Both the position numbers and the translations under genes were made by a program. Below the pieces are notes generated by a model, which saw only the letters and a list, made by a program, of their open reading frames with translations, made no database searches and was not told the DNA's origin. 64,000 nucleotides of DNA, taken from contig NZ_JBMFOX010000002.1 in NCBI RefSeq assembly GCF_049969415.1, positions 32,001 through 96,000 on the forward strand. The letters run 5' to 3'. Shown piece by piece: positions 39,801 through 49,751 of the stretch (positions are counted from its first letter, which is position 1; each line of letters opens with the position of its first letter). Origin of the DNA: Candidatus Hadarchaeum sp. Its GTDB lineage: Archaea; Hadarchaeota; Hadarchaeia; Hadarchaeales; Hadarchaeaceae.

Positions 39801-41129
39801 TTGGTTGGTCTAGTCTTGCGTAACGGAAGAATAGTTCTACCTGAGGGCATAGTGGATGGTGAGATCTCGGTAGACAACGGGAAAATAAGTAAGATTGCTG
39901 TTAGCGGTCTTCCCAAAGGTGAGACCGAAATAGATGTCAGGGGCAGGACGGTAATACCCGGGGTGGTGGACGTTCACGTCCATTTTCACGATAAAAAGTT
40001 TCTGAACCGTGAGGATTTTGCCGGCGGTAGCACAGCGGCCGCCGCAGGAGGAGTGACGACGGTAATCGTCATGCCTTGGGACACGCCGGTTGTTTCAGGC
40101 CCGAGCATAGAGGAGACCATAGAGTTAGGCTGCAGGATGAGCATCGTAGACTTTTCCTTGCATGCTGGCAACATGAGCCCAGAATCGATAAAGAAAGTTC
40201 CAGAGATCAACTCCTTTGGTATAAAGTCGTTTAAGGCATTTACCTGCGATCCTTACCTAATGTCCTACGAGCAAATTGAGGAACTGATGTGTTACGTTAG
40301 GGCAATCGGTGGAGTCACTTTTATACATGCCGAGGATCAGAAGACTCTAAGCAAAAATTTGAGGGCCCTGAAGAAGAGGAAAGATCCGCTGGCCCATGCC
40401 CTGTCTCGCCCAGCCGAGGCCGAAGAAAAAGCGATAAAAAAAGTCCTTAAATCAGCGGAAAGGACAGGGTGCCGCACGCATATCGCCCATGTCACCACGC
40501 GCGAGGGATGTGAAGCGATTCAAAAGGCAAAGAAAAGGGGAGTGCACGTCAGCGCTGAAACATGTCCTCATTACCTGATTTTCAAAAGAGAGGACATGGA
40601 AAAGCTTGGACCTTACTTGAAGGTTAATCCTTCCCTTAAGTCAGATAGCGATCGCGCCGCGCTTTGGCAGGCATTGGCCGAAGGCATCGTAGACATCGTC
40701 TCGACGGACCATGCACCTGCCTCAAAAGAAGAAAAGGATAGAGGATGGATCGATATCTGGGAGGTACCTTCAGGAGTTCCTGGCGTTGAGACCAGTTTAC
40801 CTCTAATGCTCAGCGAGGGAGTTTCCAAGGGCAGGTTGACGCTGGAGCAGCTGGTCAACTGCATGTGCACCAAACCCGCGATACTGTTCGGCCTCTACCC
40901 GCGCAAAGGAGTGATCCAGGAGGGATCCGACGCCGACCTGATTATTTTGGATCTTAAGGAGGAGGCCCAGATATCGGCAGAGAGGTTGCACTATAAGGTG
41001 GGCTGGACGCCCTTCGAGGGCATGAGGGTCAAAGGGATCCCTGTCATGACGATCTTGAGGGGAACGATAATTGCCGAAGGAGGCAAAGTTATCGGGTCAT
41101 CAGGCTATGGCCAATTTTTACCCCGTTGA
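39801..41129 (+). CDS. Cyclic amidohydrolase (allantoinase/dihydropyrimidinase/dihydroorotase family)
   Basis: PGVVDVHVHF, AAAGGVTT, SFKAF, HAED, HIAHV, ETCPHYL, KVNP, STDHAP. Confidence 0.88.
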   Translation: MVGLVLRNGRIVLPEGIVDGEISVDNGKISKIAVSGLPKGETEIDVRGRTVIPGVVDVHVHFHDKKFLNREDFAGGSTAAAAGGVTTVIVMPWDTPVVSGPSIEETIELGCRMSIVDFSLHAGNMSPESIKKVPEINSFGIKSFKAFTCDPYLMSYEQIEELMCYVRAIGGVTFIHAEDQKTLSKNLRALKKRKDPLAHALSRPAEAEEKAIKKVLKSAERTGCRTHIAHVTTREGCEAIQKAKKRGVHVSAETCPHYLIFKREDMEKLGPYLKVNPSLKSDSDRAALWQALAEGIVDIVSTDHAPASKEEKDRGWIDIWEVPSGVPGVETSLPLMLSEGVSKGRLTLEQLVNCMCTKPAILFGLYPRKGVIQEGSDADLIILDLKEEAQISAERLHYKVGWTPFEGMRVKGIPVMTILRGTIIAEGGKVIGSSGYGQFLPR

Positions 41130-42443
41130 TTTTATGCCTTGAGGTCTTCTAATCTGTTTTCCCCAAGATTTTAGGATGCCTATTGCTTCCACGGCTTCCT
41201 CGATCTGGGTGTAGATGGGCAGGGTCGATTTGGAAACGATTTCCCTTAAACCCTCGCTATTATCGGCACAAAGCGCGGCATCGACCACGGGCTTTTCTTT
41301 GGATTTTTTGGCGACATCGGTGATTTTCCTGAGGTCGTCCATTTCGAACCGTGTGGCCTTCATTGAATTTATCATCATTATCCCGTCCACTTTTTCATCC
41401 GAGAGTAACAATTCCGCAGCCCGTTTGTATGCGTCAGCCCCAGCCGCCTTTCCCAGATTGATAAAATTGGATATTTTAGCTGCGGGGTGATTTTTCTGTA
41501 GTTTTTCTACGGTTTCGGTGGAAGGCTTGGCCAGCGAAATACCTTTTTCTAAGAGATATTTTTCAGAAAGTTCTGCAGGTCCGGTGACGTTGGTGATAAT
41601 CGCGATTCTTTCTCCAAGAAGCGGTGGTTGTTTTGCCACCGCAGCGCCCCCGTTTAACATCTCGCGGACGTGGTGGGCTATTATTCCTCCCGCCTGCTTC
41701 ACGGCGGCCTCCAATATTTCCGTGCCAGCAATTGTTCCGCTGAGAACAATTACAGGTTTTTCAGCAACGGCGTCAGCCAAAGTTTTTATGAATCTCCGGC
41801 CGCCCCTGACTTTTTTTAGGTAAATGCAGATGCATTTGGTTTCTTTATCCTTGGATAGATAGCTTAGGAAATCGGACTCATCGGTTCCAAAGTTTTCGTT
41901 GATATTCACCAATTTGCTGATTCCGAAGTTTGTGGCCAGACGGAGTATATTCCGGGCGATACAGCTGTCCTGTGAAATAACGGCCACATCCCCCCCGAAA
42001 ATCTGCCACTTTTCGGGAACAGCGATTAATCCAGTTTTTGTGTTGATAATCCCGATTGAATCCGGACCGACGATTATCGTCGTTTTTCTCTTCATCATCT
42101 TAACCAATTCCTCACTCATTTTTTCCTCCAACTCGTCCACCATCAACAAAAGCGACTTTGGCTGGCGTGAGACCAATTTATGTAGGTTTTTGGCCAGCGA
42201 TTTTTCAGGCAGCAAAACAATCGCCAGATCCAGACCAACCTTGACCATGTTCAAGTTGTTGCAGCTGCCCGGAATTTTTCCACTTAAGTCAATGAGGAAA
42301 ACTTTACCTCGTTTATAGCCAGATAAATTTTGCACCAGCAGATGGAAAAGATCTGAATAGATCCTATCCTCTCCGGTTAGTTCTGAATTTCCAACTAGAA
42401 AAATCGATCTGGGTTCAAAGAGCGGTTTTAGCTCAGCTGACAT
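41118..42443 (-). CDS. Degenerate acetate--CoA ligase (ADP-forming) alpha-like subunit
   Basis: LFEPRSI, IVGPDSIG, ISQ, KPVIVL, AVKQAG, RIAIITN; the catalytic SHTG loop is absent. Confidence 0.72.
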   Translation of the reverse strand: MSAELKPLFEPRSIFLVGNSELTGEDRIYSDLFHLLVQNLSGYKRGKVFLIDLSGKIPGSCNNLNMVKVGLDLAIVLLPEKSLAKNLHKLVSRQPKSLLLMVDELEEKMSEELVKMMKRKTTIIVGPDSIGIINTKTGLIAVPEKWQIFGGDVAVISQDSCIARNILRLATNFGISKLVNINENFGTDESDFLSYLSKDKETKCICIYLKKVRGGRRFIKTLADAVAEKPVIVLSGTIAGTEILEAAVKQAGGIIAHHVREMLNGGAAVAKQPPLLGERIAIITNVTGPAELSEKYLLEKGISLAKPSTETVEKLQKNHPAAKISNFINLGKAAGADAYKRAAELLLSDEKVDGIMMINSMKATRFEMDDLRKITDVAKKSKEKPVVDAALCADNSEGLREIVSKSTLPIYTQIEEAVEAIGILKSWGKQIRRPQGIKSTG

Positions 42444-43165
42444 TACTTGCCCTCTCCAAGGACAATCCGAGCATCCACGGCGACCGCCCCCTTACCCTTG
42501 TCGAAAACGAACACTGGATTTAAATCCATCTCGGCAATCTCTGGGAACTCATAGGCCAGTTGCCCCACCTTTTGAATTAATCCAGCCATCGCGTCGATAT
42601 CCGCTGGCGGAGTACCTCGAATTCCCGCCAAGACGGGATAACCCTTTATCTCTTTGATCATTTCCTTGGCTTCTTCGATGGTAAGAGGTGCGAGCCTGAA
42701 GCTGATGTCTTTGAGGACTTCAACCCAGATTCCGCCCAACCCGAACATAACGGTGGCGCCGAAGGATGGGTCCTGTATCGCCCCAACGATGACCTCGCGG
42801 GCAGGTGGCAAGTACTCCTGTATCGTCACCCCGAGTATTCTCGCATCGGGGTTGTATTCCCGCGCATTTTTCATGATTTCATTAAAAGCCTGTTTCAGCT
42901 CCAGCTCCGAGCTTATCCCCACCATAACACCCTTGGCATCACTCTTATGGATGATATCCGGGGAGGCTATTTTTATTACCAAAGGATAATGAATTTCTCG
43001 CCCGATCCTGATCGCTTCATCAACGTTTCTGGCTAGGGCGGTGCGGCTCACTGGTATCCCCCAAGCTTCGAGCACACGTTTTGATTCTATTTCCGAAAGG
43101 TGTCGGCGGTTTTCACTTCTGACCGAATTTAAAATTTCCATTATTTTTTCCTTGTTGGACGCCAA
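42443..43165 (-). CDS. Acetate--CoA ligase (ADP-forming) beta subunit, ATP-grasp
   Basis: YPLVIKIASPDIIHKSD, FGATVMFGLGGIWVEVLKD, EMDLNPV, AVDARI. Confidence 0.92.
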   Translation of the reverse strand: MASNKEKIMEILNSVRSENRRHLSEIESKRVLEAWGIPVSRTALARNVDEAIRIGREIHYPLVIKIASPDIIHKSDAKGVMVGISSELELKQAFNEIMKNAREYNPDARILGVTIQEYLPPAREVIVGAIQDPSFGATVMFGLGGIWVEVLKDISFRLAPLTIEEAKEMIKEIKGYPVLAGIRGTPPADIDAMAGLIQKVGQLAYEFPEIAEMDLNPVFVFDKGKGAVAVDARIVLGEGK

Positions 43166-43293
43166 GCGAATCACCGGGAATCAAAATTACTTGGCATTGA
43201 TTCATATAAGTTTTTTTACGAGGGAATGATCGAGCTAAGATTAAGCAAACACTTTTAATATCGGCAACTACTCTCTTACTTTTAGGTGTTTGT

Positions 43294-43950
43294 ATGAAGT
43301 TACTGGCAGCAGCTGACTTTCACGGCAACTCAGGTGCTGAAAATAACCTCTCTAAACTGCTTCGAGGTGGGCATGATTGCTTGGTCTTGATCGGAGACCT
43401 TACCAATTTTGGCCCGCCGGAAGTGGCAGAGAGCCTGCTGGACTTGGTTAAGGCGCACGGAATCACCTGTTTTTGTGTGCCAGGCAACTGTGATCCTAAG
43501 TCGATACTTCAAGTGCTGGATAGGAGGGGTGTGAACCTCCACGGTAGATGCAGTAGACTGGGCGAGTTCAACTTTTTAGGACTGGGCGGTTCTAACCTCA
43601 CCCCATTTAACACCCCATTTGAGCTTACTGAGGCGGAAATCCAGGAGGAGCTAGCCACGGCCTCTTGCGATACTGTCGGGGAGCTGATTCTGGTGACCCA
43701 CGCACCGCCCCATGGGACCGAGGTCGATAGGATCAGGGAGGGAACCCACGTGGGAAGCAAGAGCATACGCCAGTTTATCGAGAAAAGACAACCGTTGCTC
43801 TCCCTCTGCGCCCACGTTCATGAAGGTCGTGGGGTCGACCAGCTAGGTCGCACGCTTGTCATCAATCCTGGGCCAATGACGAAGGGTTTTGCGGCTGAGA
43901 TTGAAATTGGCGAAAACAATCAGGTTAACTTTCGGTTGTTAGAGATCTGA
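43294..43950 (+). CDS. Calcineurin-like metallophosphoesterase (Icc family)
   Basis: DFHG, GDLT, PGNCD, THAPP, HVHE, NPG. Confidence 0.9.
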   Translation: MKLLAAADFHGNSGAENNLSKLLRGGHDCLVLIGDLTNFGPPEVAESLLDLVKAHGITCFCVPGNCDPKSILQVLDRRGVNLHGRCSRLGEFNFLGLGGSNLTPFNTPFELTEAEIQEELATASCDTVGELILVTHAPPHGTEVDRIREGTHVGSKSIRQFIEKRQPLLSLCAHVHEGRGVDQLGRTLVINPGPMTKGFAAEIEIGENNQVNFRLLEI

Positions 43951-43959
43951 GGTAAAAAT

Positions 43960-44163
43960 TTGAAATCAAGGAGAAATTCCACCCACTGTCCTAGATGTGG
44001 CTCAGGTAGGTTAAAGTGGGCGTCCGGGCTGCCCCAGCTTTGGTCGGTTTATGACTGTGAGGAATGCGGTTATCGGGGCCCGCTTATCATTGAGAATGGA
44101 GAACTGGCCAAGAAAATTAGGAAGCGTTGGCTGAGTAAACGAGGCAAGCAGACGGTCGGTTGA
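43960..44163 (+). CDS. Small Zn-ribbon protein
   Basis: CPRCGS...YDCEECGYRGP; GAGGT SD before TTG. Confidence 0.7.
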   Translation: MKSRRNSTHCPRCGSGRLKWASGLPQLWSVYDCEECGYRGPLIIENGELAKKIRKRWLSKRGKQTVG

Positions 44164-44173
44164 AGATGCCCTT

Positions 44174-45034
44174 TTATTCCGCAGATTTAAGCTCGAGGTC
44201 TAGGGCGATGTGGTAGCATCGGGTGGCGTAAGAACGGATTTTTCTCGCGCCCAGCATTTTTGCCTCAAACCTTTTTTTGGAGGCCTCGGTTTTGACGAAA
44301 TCTATCGAAGGTCCGAAAATATCAGGTTCCTCTCCATAGTCGTAGAAATGGATTATACCCCCGGTGGGCTTCAGGGCTTTCAGGGCCACATCAAAAAAAT
44401 TATGGGAAAGCTCGGGTAAGGGCATGAGAACACGATCGGCCTTTCCAGCCAATTCCCTTTCCACAACCTCGCGAGCATCACCGAGGATAGCGATTACTCG
44501 ATCTCCAACTTTGTTTATCCGGATGTTGGTCTGCATGTATTCAAACGCGTGGGGATTAATGTCGATGGAGTAAATGAGAGCTGCCTTGCCTTGCTTGGCG
44601 ATGATGATTGAGTAGCTGCCAACCCCGGCGAAAAGGTTCACCACGGTTTCGCCCGGCTTTACCATTTTGGCAATTCGCAGCCTTTCTGTCGCCAGCCTCG
44701 GGGAAAAGTAGACCTTTGCCAGATCGACTTTGAAGGCACAGCCAGATTCGCGGTAGATTGTTTCGGTCCTGTTTTCACCGGCGATTACCTCCAGTTCCCG
44801 GGTGCGAAACTCACCTTTTACTGGAGAAAGTTGATTAAGCACCACACGCACGTTTTTTTGAACCTCCATTAGAGCTTTACCGATGATGTGTTTTTTAGGA
44901 AGCAGGTGTTCGGGTAACTTGACGATAGCGATATCGCCGACCACATCAAATGCCCTTATTAACCTTAGCTCGTCTTCGGAAAGGTAGCCCCTCAATCTTG
45001 TGCGCAAATCTTTCGCCATATCTCTCAAAAGCAA
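44174..45034 (-). CDS. Trm5/Taw2-family SAM-dependent tRNA modification enzyme
   Basis: FDVVGDIAI, GEFRTR, VYFSPRLATER, LFAGVG, IDINP, DRVLMPLP. Confidence 0.88.
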   Translation of the reverse strand: MLLRDMAKDLRTRLRGYLSEDELRLIRAFDVVGDIAIVKLPEHLLPKKHIIGKALMEVQKNVRVVLNQLSPVKGEFRTRELEVIAGENRTETIYRESGCAFKVDLAKVYFSPRLATERLRIAKMVKPGETVVNLFAGVGSYSIIIAKQGKAALIYSIDINPHAFEYMQTNIRINKVGDRVIAILGDAREVVERELAGKADRVLMPLPELSHNFFDVALKALKPTGGIIHFYDYGEEPDIFGPSIDFVKTEASKKRFEAKMLGARKIRSYATRCYHIALDLELKSAE

Positions 45035-45123
45035 TTACCTTATGGAGAAAAAGAACTTTTTTAAGCTTGGGAATGAGTGCTTTTTCGATGGAGGCAGCTT
45101 TATTTTGTTGTTACTAGATTATT

Positions 45124-47352
45124 ATGGTCGGTATGGAATGCCCAAGTTTGGAAATTAAAGATTCAGGACCGTTAAAGGTAGCCGAGTTTGACTGTCATGG
45201 TTGCAATTTTCCCGGGACGCTTAACGAATCAAAGTGTCGTTACTGCGTTTTAAGTCGGTTGCGCATGGAGGCCGAGGTTGACCGGGTCGTACTTCTACAA
45301 CCTTTGGTGAGAATCTATCACACCCGGGAGCTTTCCCAGCTGGCCAGAACAATCGCGGCGGCAGAACAGCTTGCCTTGGACCGTACCCTTTACGGTGGAA
45401 AGGAAGGAGATGCAAAGTGTAAAAAGTGCATAGAAACCCGTATGGCAGCCCTGACCGATGCCTTAGACAAGATAACTTCAGAACCGCATGATCTCAGCCC
45501 GCTTGACAACAGCTTGGTTATCTCCAGAATCAAGAGCAGCCCTGATTGCAAAAAGTGCAGTGAGGAAAACTACTTCAAGCTGGTTGATACCGTAAAAGCC
45601 ACGTTGAAAAGCAACCCCATATTCCGGCGTCTTTCACCGAAAAATTATGACGAGGTTTTTTCCGCTAGAGCTAAGCCTTTTTTCATTGAGGGCTTGTGGA
45701 ATCCACCACCTCGTGATGCTCGCCTGATTGAAAGCTATGGGCTGTCCGATGGTCGTGGTCGGGTGAATATTTATGAGCAGCGCGACCACCCTGTTCCTTT
45801 TTATGAATTGGTCTTGCCTGAGTTTAACCTCCCCGCTGACCAGCTGGAGATGTTGGATTCCGCCTACAGGTTTAAGATTGAGGAGGCACCAGGACATGCC
45901 CGGTTTGCCTACTCCACCCGCACCCATTCGTTCGCCGAGGAGTGGTATCACGCGCTACTCCACATGTTGCGGGAGAAGAAAGGTTCGGTTCCCGCCGCCG
46001 TTCGCAAGTTGGCGGAGCTAATGGCCAGCTGGTTGACTTACCGTCTCCTTGAGCCTTTTAGCCACGATGACCACATTACCGATATCTTTGTCCCGGCTCC
46101 TCCCGAGATACAGCCCATATATGTGGAACATGAGCGCTGGGGGAGGTTAGAGACCGGCATATACTGGACCACACCGGCGCTGCTTGGTTTGGGCGAGACG
46201 CTGGCTTCTCGATTGGGAACTTCTTTTGACGAGATCCGGCCCCAACTTGATGCTGAGATACCGGAGCTAGGTATGCGTCTGTTCTTGAGCCGTTATCCTG
46301 CCATATGGACACGGAGCGTCGAGATCGCGGTTCGCAAGCGTCGTTCTAGGCCATGGACGCAACCACTCTTTCTGGAACGAGGAACACTTTCGCCCTTAGC
46401 AAGTTCCTTTCTGGGCAATGTATTGAGGCTCGGCTCCAGCGCCTTCGTCATCGGGGAAATGGGGACGGCAAAGACCTCCCAAGTTGAGACCTACGTTCCA
46501 GAAATAGGTCCGCACAACCGAATAGTGGCCTTTCAGGACACCGAGGAGTTGCACATTGAGGACTTCATTTCCCACGGCTATAAGCTGGCCAACGTAAGGG
46601 TTTCGGACCCAGAGCAGCTTGAGCGACAGGTAAATGCCTTTCTCCGGGGCGGTCCCAGTTACTGGCTGATCACCGAAGTTCGGGCGGCCGAGGCGGTGAG
46701 AGCAGCGCTAGGTGCCGCTGCGAGGCAGGGTTCTCAGCCAGTGGTGGCGAGCTTTCATGCTAGGAGTAAGATGGAGATGTTTGACCTCATCGTGCATATT
46801 ATGGGACTGCACCCGGCTACCTTCAAGTATATCGACTTTATCATCAGCACGGCGAGGTTCACCACCCCCAGCGGCACTGTTAGGAGAATCGTTGAGATTT
46901 CCGAGGTGCTTAAGGACTGGAAGGATGAGCCGAAATATTCCGAGCTATTTGTCGATGACCGCAAGAGAGATAAGTTGATTCAGTCAAAGCTTCTCAGCGG
47001 ACCGAAAGGGTTGGTCAAAAAACTGAACTCCAGCGATCTCTCGTCCGTGAACGTAAATGGTGTGGTTAAAGCGGTCAGATTTCTGCCTCCGGAAAAGGGC
47101 GGCAGCCAGTTGATACCGAGACTTTGCCGTCGGCTGGCGATTGATGAGGAGGAATTTCTAGCCTCAATTTTGGCCGAGGCAAAGATGAAGTCCGAACTTT
47201 TGATGCTGGCTAGGAAATCAGGGGATTCCAGCTATCTTGAGTTGCCCTTCGTAAGCAGGGCCTACAATGCCTACTTCTACCTGCAGAAGCAGAATGCCCC
47301 GAACTATTCCAAGGTGCTGGAGGCTTGGCGAGCTTGGCTGAAAAGGACCTAA
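45124..47352 (+). CDS. Type IV pilus/Tad-like secretion ATPase with Cys-rich N-terminus
   Basis: Walker A GEMGTAKTS, Asp box QDTEEL, Walker B WLITEVR, His box SFHA, RRIVEISEV; N-terminal CHGC, CRYC, CKKC. Confidence 0.8.
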   Translation: MVGMECPSLEIKDSGPLKVAEFDCHGCNFPGTLNESKCRYCVLSRLRMEAEVDRVVLLQPLVRIYHTRELSQLARTIAAAEQLALDRTLYGGKEGDAKCKKCIETRMAALTDALDKITSEPHDLSPLDNSLVISRIKSSPDCKKCSEENYFKLVDTVKATLKSNPIFRRLSPKNYDEVFSARAKPFFIEGLWNPPPRDARLIESYGLSDGRGRVNIYEQRDHPVPFYELVLPEFNLPADQLEMLDSAYRFKIEEAPGHARFAYSTRTHSFAEEWYHALLHMLREKKGSVPAAVRKLAELMASWLTYRLLEPFSHDDHITDIFVPAPPEIQPIYVEHERWGRLETGIYWTTPALLGLGETLASRLGTSFDEIRPQLDAEIPELGMRLFLSRYPAIWTRSVEIAVRKRRSRPWTQPLFLERGTLSPLASSFLGNVLRLGSSAFVIGEMGTAKTSQVETYVPEIGPHNRIVAFQDTEELHIEDFISHGYKLANVRVSDPEQLERQVNAFLRGGPSYWLITEVRAAEAVRAALGAAARQGSQPVVASFHARSKMEMFDLIVHIMGLHPATFKYIDFIISTARFTTPSGTVRRIVEISEVLKDWKDEPKYSELFVDDRKRDKLIQSKLLSGPKGLVKKLNSSDLSSVNVNGVVKAVRFLPPEKGGSQLIPRLCRRLAIDEEEFLASILAEAKMKSELLMLARKSGDSSYLELPFVSRAYNAYFYLQKQNAPNYSKVLEAWRAWLKRT

Positions 47353-49307
47353 AACCGCTGCCGGAAAGGTTTCCGGTGCCGAGCGACGTCCGCCAGGCCC
47401 TGCAGAGGATTCTCGGGCCGAGGAAGAAAGGATTTTATGAAAAGTTTTGTTTTGCGGCCGGCAGGGTCTTCGGTGTTTTCACGAAAAATTCGAAGCTGAG
47501 CCAGAAAACCCTGCGTAATTTGAAAGAGGCCGGGATAAAGGTTGAGCCCAGAGAATGGGCGGCCGGATTGATACTTTCCCTGACAATACCGGCGCTGTTT
47601 TCAGTCTTAGTTTGGCTGTGGATTATTCTCTCCGGCGGGGATTTCCTCGGCTCCCTGTACTTGCCAATAGCCGGATTTTTAATTGGAGGAATTCTAATGA
47701 TGGCCTTCCAGAGCTATCCGGTTTCTGTAGCAGCCCAGCGCCGCGCTGATGCCCAAGCCAAGGCCATCGGGACGGTGATGTTGCTCAGTTTCTCCCTTTA
47801 TCATCGTCCCGATCTCAGAGGGGCTACCGTGCAGGCGGCCGATATGAGCGAGGGCAAGCTGGCCGAGGACCTTCAGAAAGGATTGTTGGAACTCGAGGAG
47901 CGACGGAGATATGATACTGTGCGTCATCTTCTGACGGTGGTGGCCAACGATTGGGGAGAAATAGATGACAGCGTTCGGCAGGCCATTTTCGACCTGCTTA
48001 GATCTACTGGGGCAAAGGAGGAGGCGGCAAGGCTGGCCGATGTCGCCAAGGCTCCGGAGCGGGTCTTGGAGGGTGCCGAGGAGCAGCTCACCAACCGCCT
48101 CAACCGCCTCATTCTGCCCACGCTGGCCTTTCTTACCTTCAGCTCGCTGGCCATAATCAGCGTTGTGGGTCTGTCCCCGATTTTTGGAGTGATCGGGCTT
48201 AACTTCGTCGACCTGAAATTTTTTGCCGCGATAGCGCTGGGTCTGATAGTCGCCTTTCTGGCGTTTACCCAGCTCATGTTGGGCAATCGGCCGGCCACCA
48301 TCCAGATTCAGAGCCTTCCTGAGGATGATCCGCGTCTACCGCCGCCGGGAAAGTTCACGATATTCGGAAGAAAAATCCCGTTATTAATTATTCCCATAAT
48401 AGTTTTTGCCGCAGTGGCCTGGCCAGGGGTTTTATATTTGATTGGAGAAAACGGCGGGCCGCTGGGATTTATATCTTTCAGTTTTTCGACCTTCTGGTTC
48501 GTCTGGGCCGTAGCCGCGGCCATTGGTGTTTACGCGTATCTTTACGTTTCGGGAAGGACCAAGATACGGGAGGAGGAGAGGCGAAAGCTGGTCGACTGGG
48601 GCAACGCGCTGAACACCATTGGCTCGAGAATGCTGGATGGTAAGCCGATGCCCCAGGCGATGGACGAGGCGGCCAACCTGATGGCGGGTTCTCCGTTAGC
48701 CGTTGAGCTAAAGGAGGTGAGCCGGAGAATGGGTTATTACGGGATGAACCTCCAAGAGGCTATGTTTGAGCGGCGCTCCGGCAGTCCGTATAACCCGATG
48801 ATAAAGAGCTTTTTGCAGATCATCTCCCGGATCAGGCGTGACAGTGAGGCAGCGGCGGGCCGGGCCTGCATGATGGCCGCAGAATTTTTGCGGACACTTC
48901 ACCGCGTTGAACGGCGTTTCCGAGAGAGGATTGATGAGGCAATGGGAAACCTCTGGCTGGTGGCCGCGGTGCTCATACCCGTGGTGTGTGCGATGTCGGT
49001 GTGGGTGATGGACTTTATGTCGGGCATGAAGTTCTCAATGGCGGCGCAGGCGGCAACGGCAGGTGTTACCGGGATTCCCTTTCTCATTGGTGTGATGAGT
49101 GTTATGGAGATCGCCCTGCTCCGGCTGATCATGGGAATCACCGCGGTGGCGCTGAGCTTTATAATCGCTAGATATATAGCCAACATCAGGGCCGCGGGTG
49201 ATCAGGTGGAGCTCTGGTCCTCTGTGGCAAAATCAGCCTTGGTTTCGGCAGCTATATTTACCGTCACGAGCTTCTTGCTAACGTTAATAACTGTCGGAGG
49301 TGGTTGA
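47325..49307 (+). CDS. TadB/TadC-like membrane platform protein
   Basis: Multi-TM protein with two helical cytoplasmic domains (GKLAEDL; SPLAVEL), coupled to the ATPase gene. Confidence 0.72.
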   Translation: MASLAEKDLKPLPERFPVPSDVRQALQRILGPRKKGFYEKFCFAAGRVFGVFTKNSKLSQKTLRNLKEAGIKVEPREWAAGLILSLTIPALFSVLVWLWIILSGGDFLGSLYLPIAGFLIGGILMMAFQSYPVSVAAQRRADAQAKAIGTVMLLSFSLYHRPDLRGATVQAADMSEGKLAEDLQKGLLELEERRRYDTVRHLLTVVANDWGEIDDSVRQAIFDLLRSTGAKEEAARLADVAKAPERVLEGAEEQLTNRLNRLILPTLAFLTFSSLAIISVVGLSPIFGVIGLNFVDLKFFAAIALGLIVAFLAFTQLMLGNRPATIQIQSLPEDDPRLPPPGKFTIFGRKIPLLIIPIIVFAAVAWPGVLYLIGENGGPLGFISFSFSTFWFVWAVAAAIGVYAYLYVSGRTKIREEERRKLVDWGNALNTIGSRMLDGKPMPQAMDEAANLMAGSPLAVELKEVSRRMGYYGMNLQEAMFERRSGSPYNPMIKSFLQIISRIRRDSEAAAGRACMMAAEFLRTLHRVERRFRERIDEAMGNLWLVAAVLIPVVCAMSVWVMDFMSGMKFSMAAQAATAGVTGIPFLIGVMSVMEIALLRLIMGITAVALSFIIARYIANIRAAGDQVELWSSVAKSALVSAAIFTVTSFLLTLITVGGG

Positions 49308-49745
49308 GTGGCGAAGGGACTGGATCAGCGTGGCGTTGAGCCTCTGGCGATGAAGCTTTTTGCCGGCATCGTACTCTTGGTCATCGGCTTGGGAATCGGC
49401 TATGCAGTTTATACTTGGGCTGGTAGGGAAGCCACCGGGATGCTCTCATTCACAGTTAGCGTTTCGCCCACAAGCGCCACGGTCAGCGCGGGAAGCACGA
49501 TAACCGTCAGCGTGTCGGTGCAACGCATCGGGCCCTACGATAAGGAAGTGACGCTGTCGGCATCAGGCGTTCCGGAAAACGTTACGGTTAACTTTGCGCC
49601 TCCTAGTGGGGTACCAGCATTTGGATCAACGATGACGATTGTGGTCGGAGACTCAGCACAGACGGGAACTACTACGATTACCATCAGGGCAACTGGCACT
49701 GATGGCGTCCAGCAGACGGCAAATTTTGAGCTGACGGTGGAGTAG
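49308..49745 (+). CDS. Putative pilin with class III signal peptide and Ig-like domain
   Basis: DQRG|VEPLAMKLFAGIVLLVIGLG, then a T/S/V-rich beta sandwich. Confidence 0.72.
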   Translation: MAKGLDQRGVEPLAMKLFAGIVLLVIGLGIGYAVYTWAGREATGMLSFTVSVSPTSATVSAGSTITVSVSVQRIGPYDKEVTLSASGVPENVTVNFAPPSGVPAFGSTMTIVVGDSAQTGTTTITIRATGTDGVQQTANFELTVE

Positions 49746-49751
49746 ATCTTC

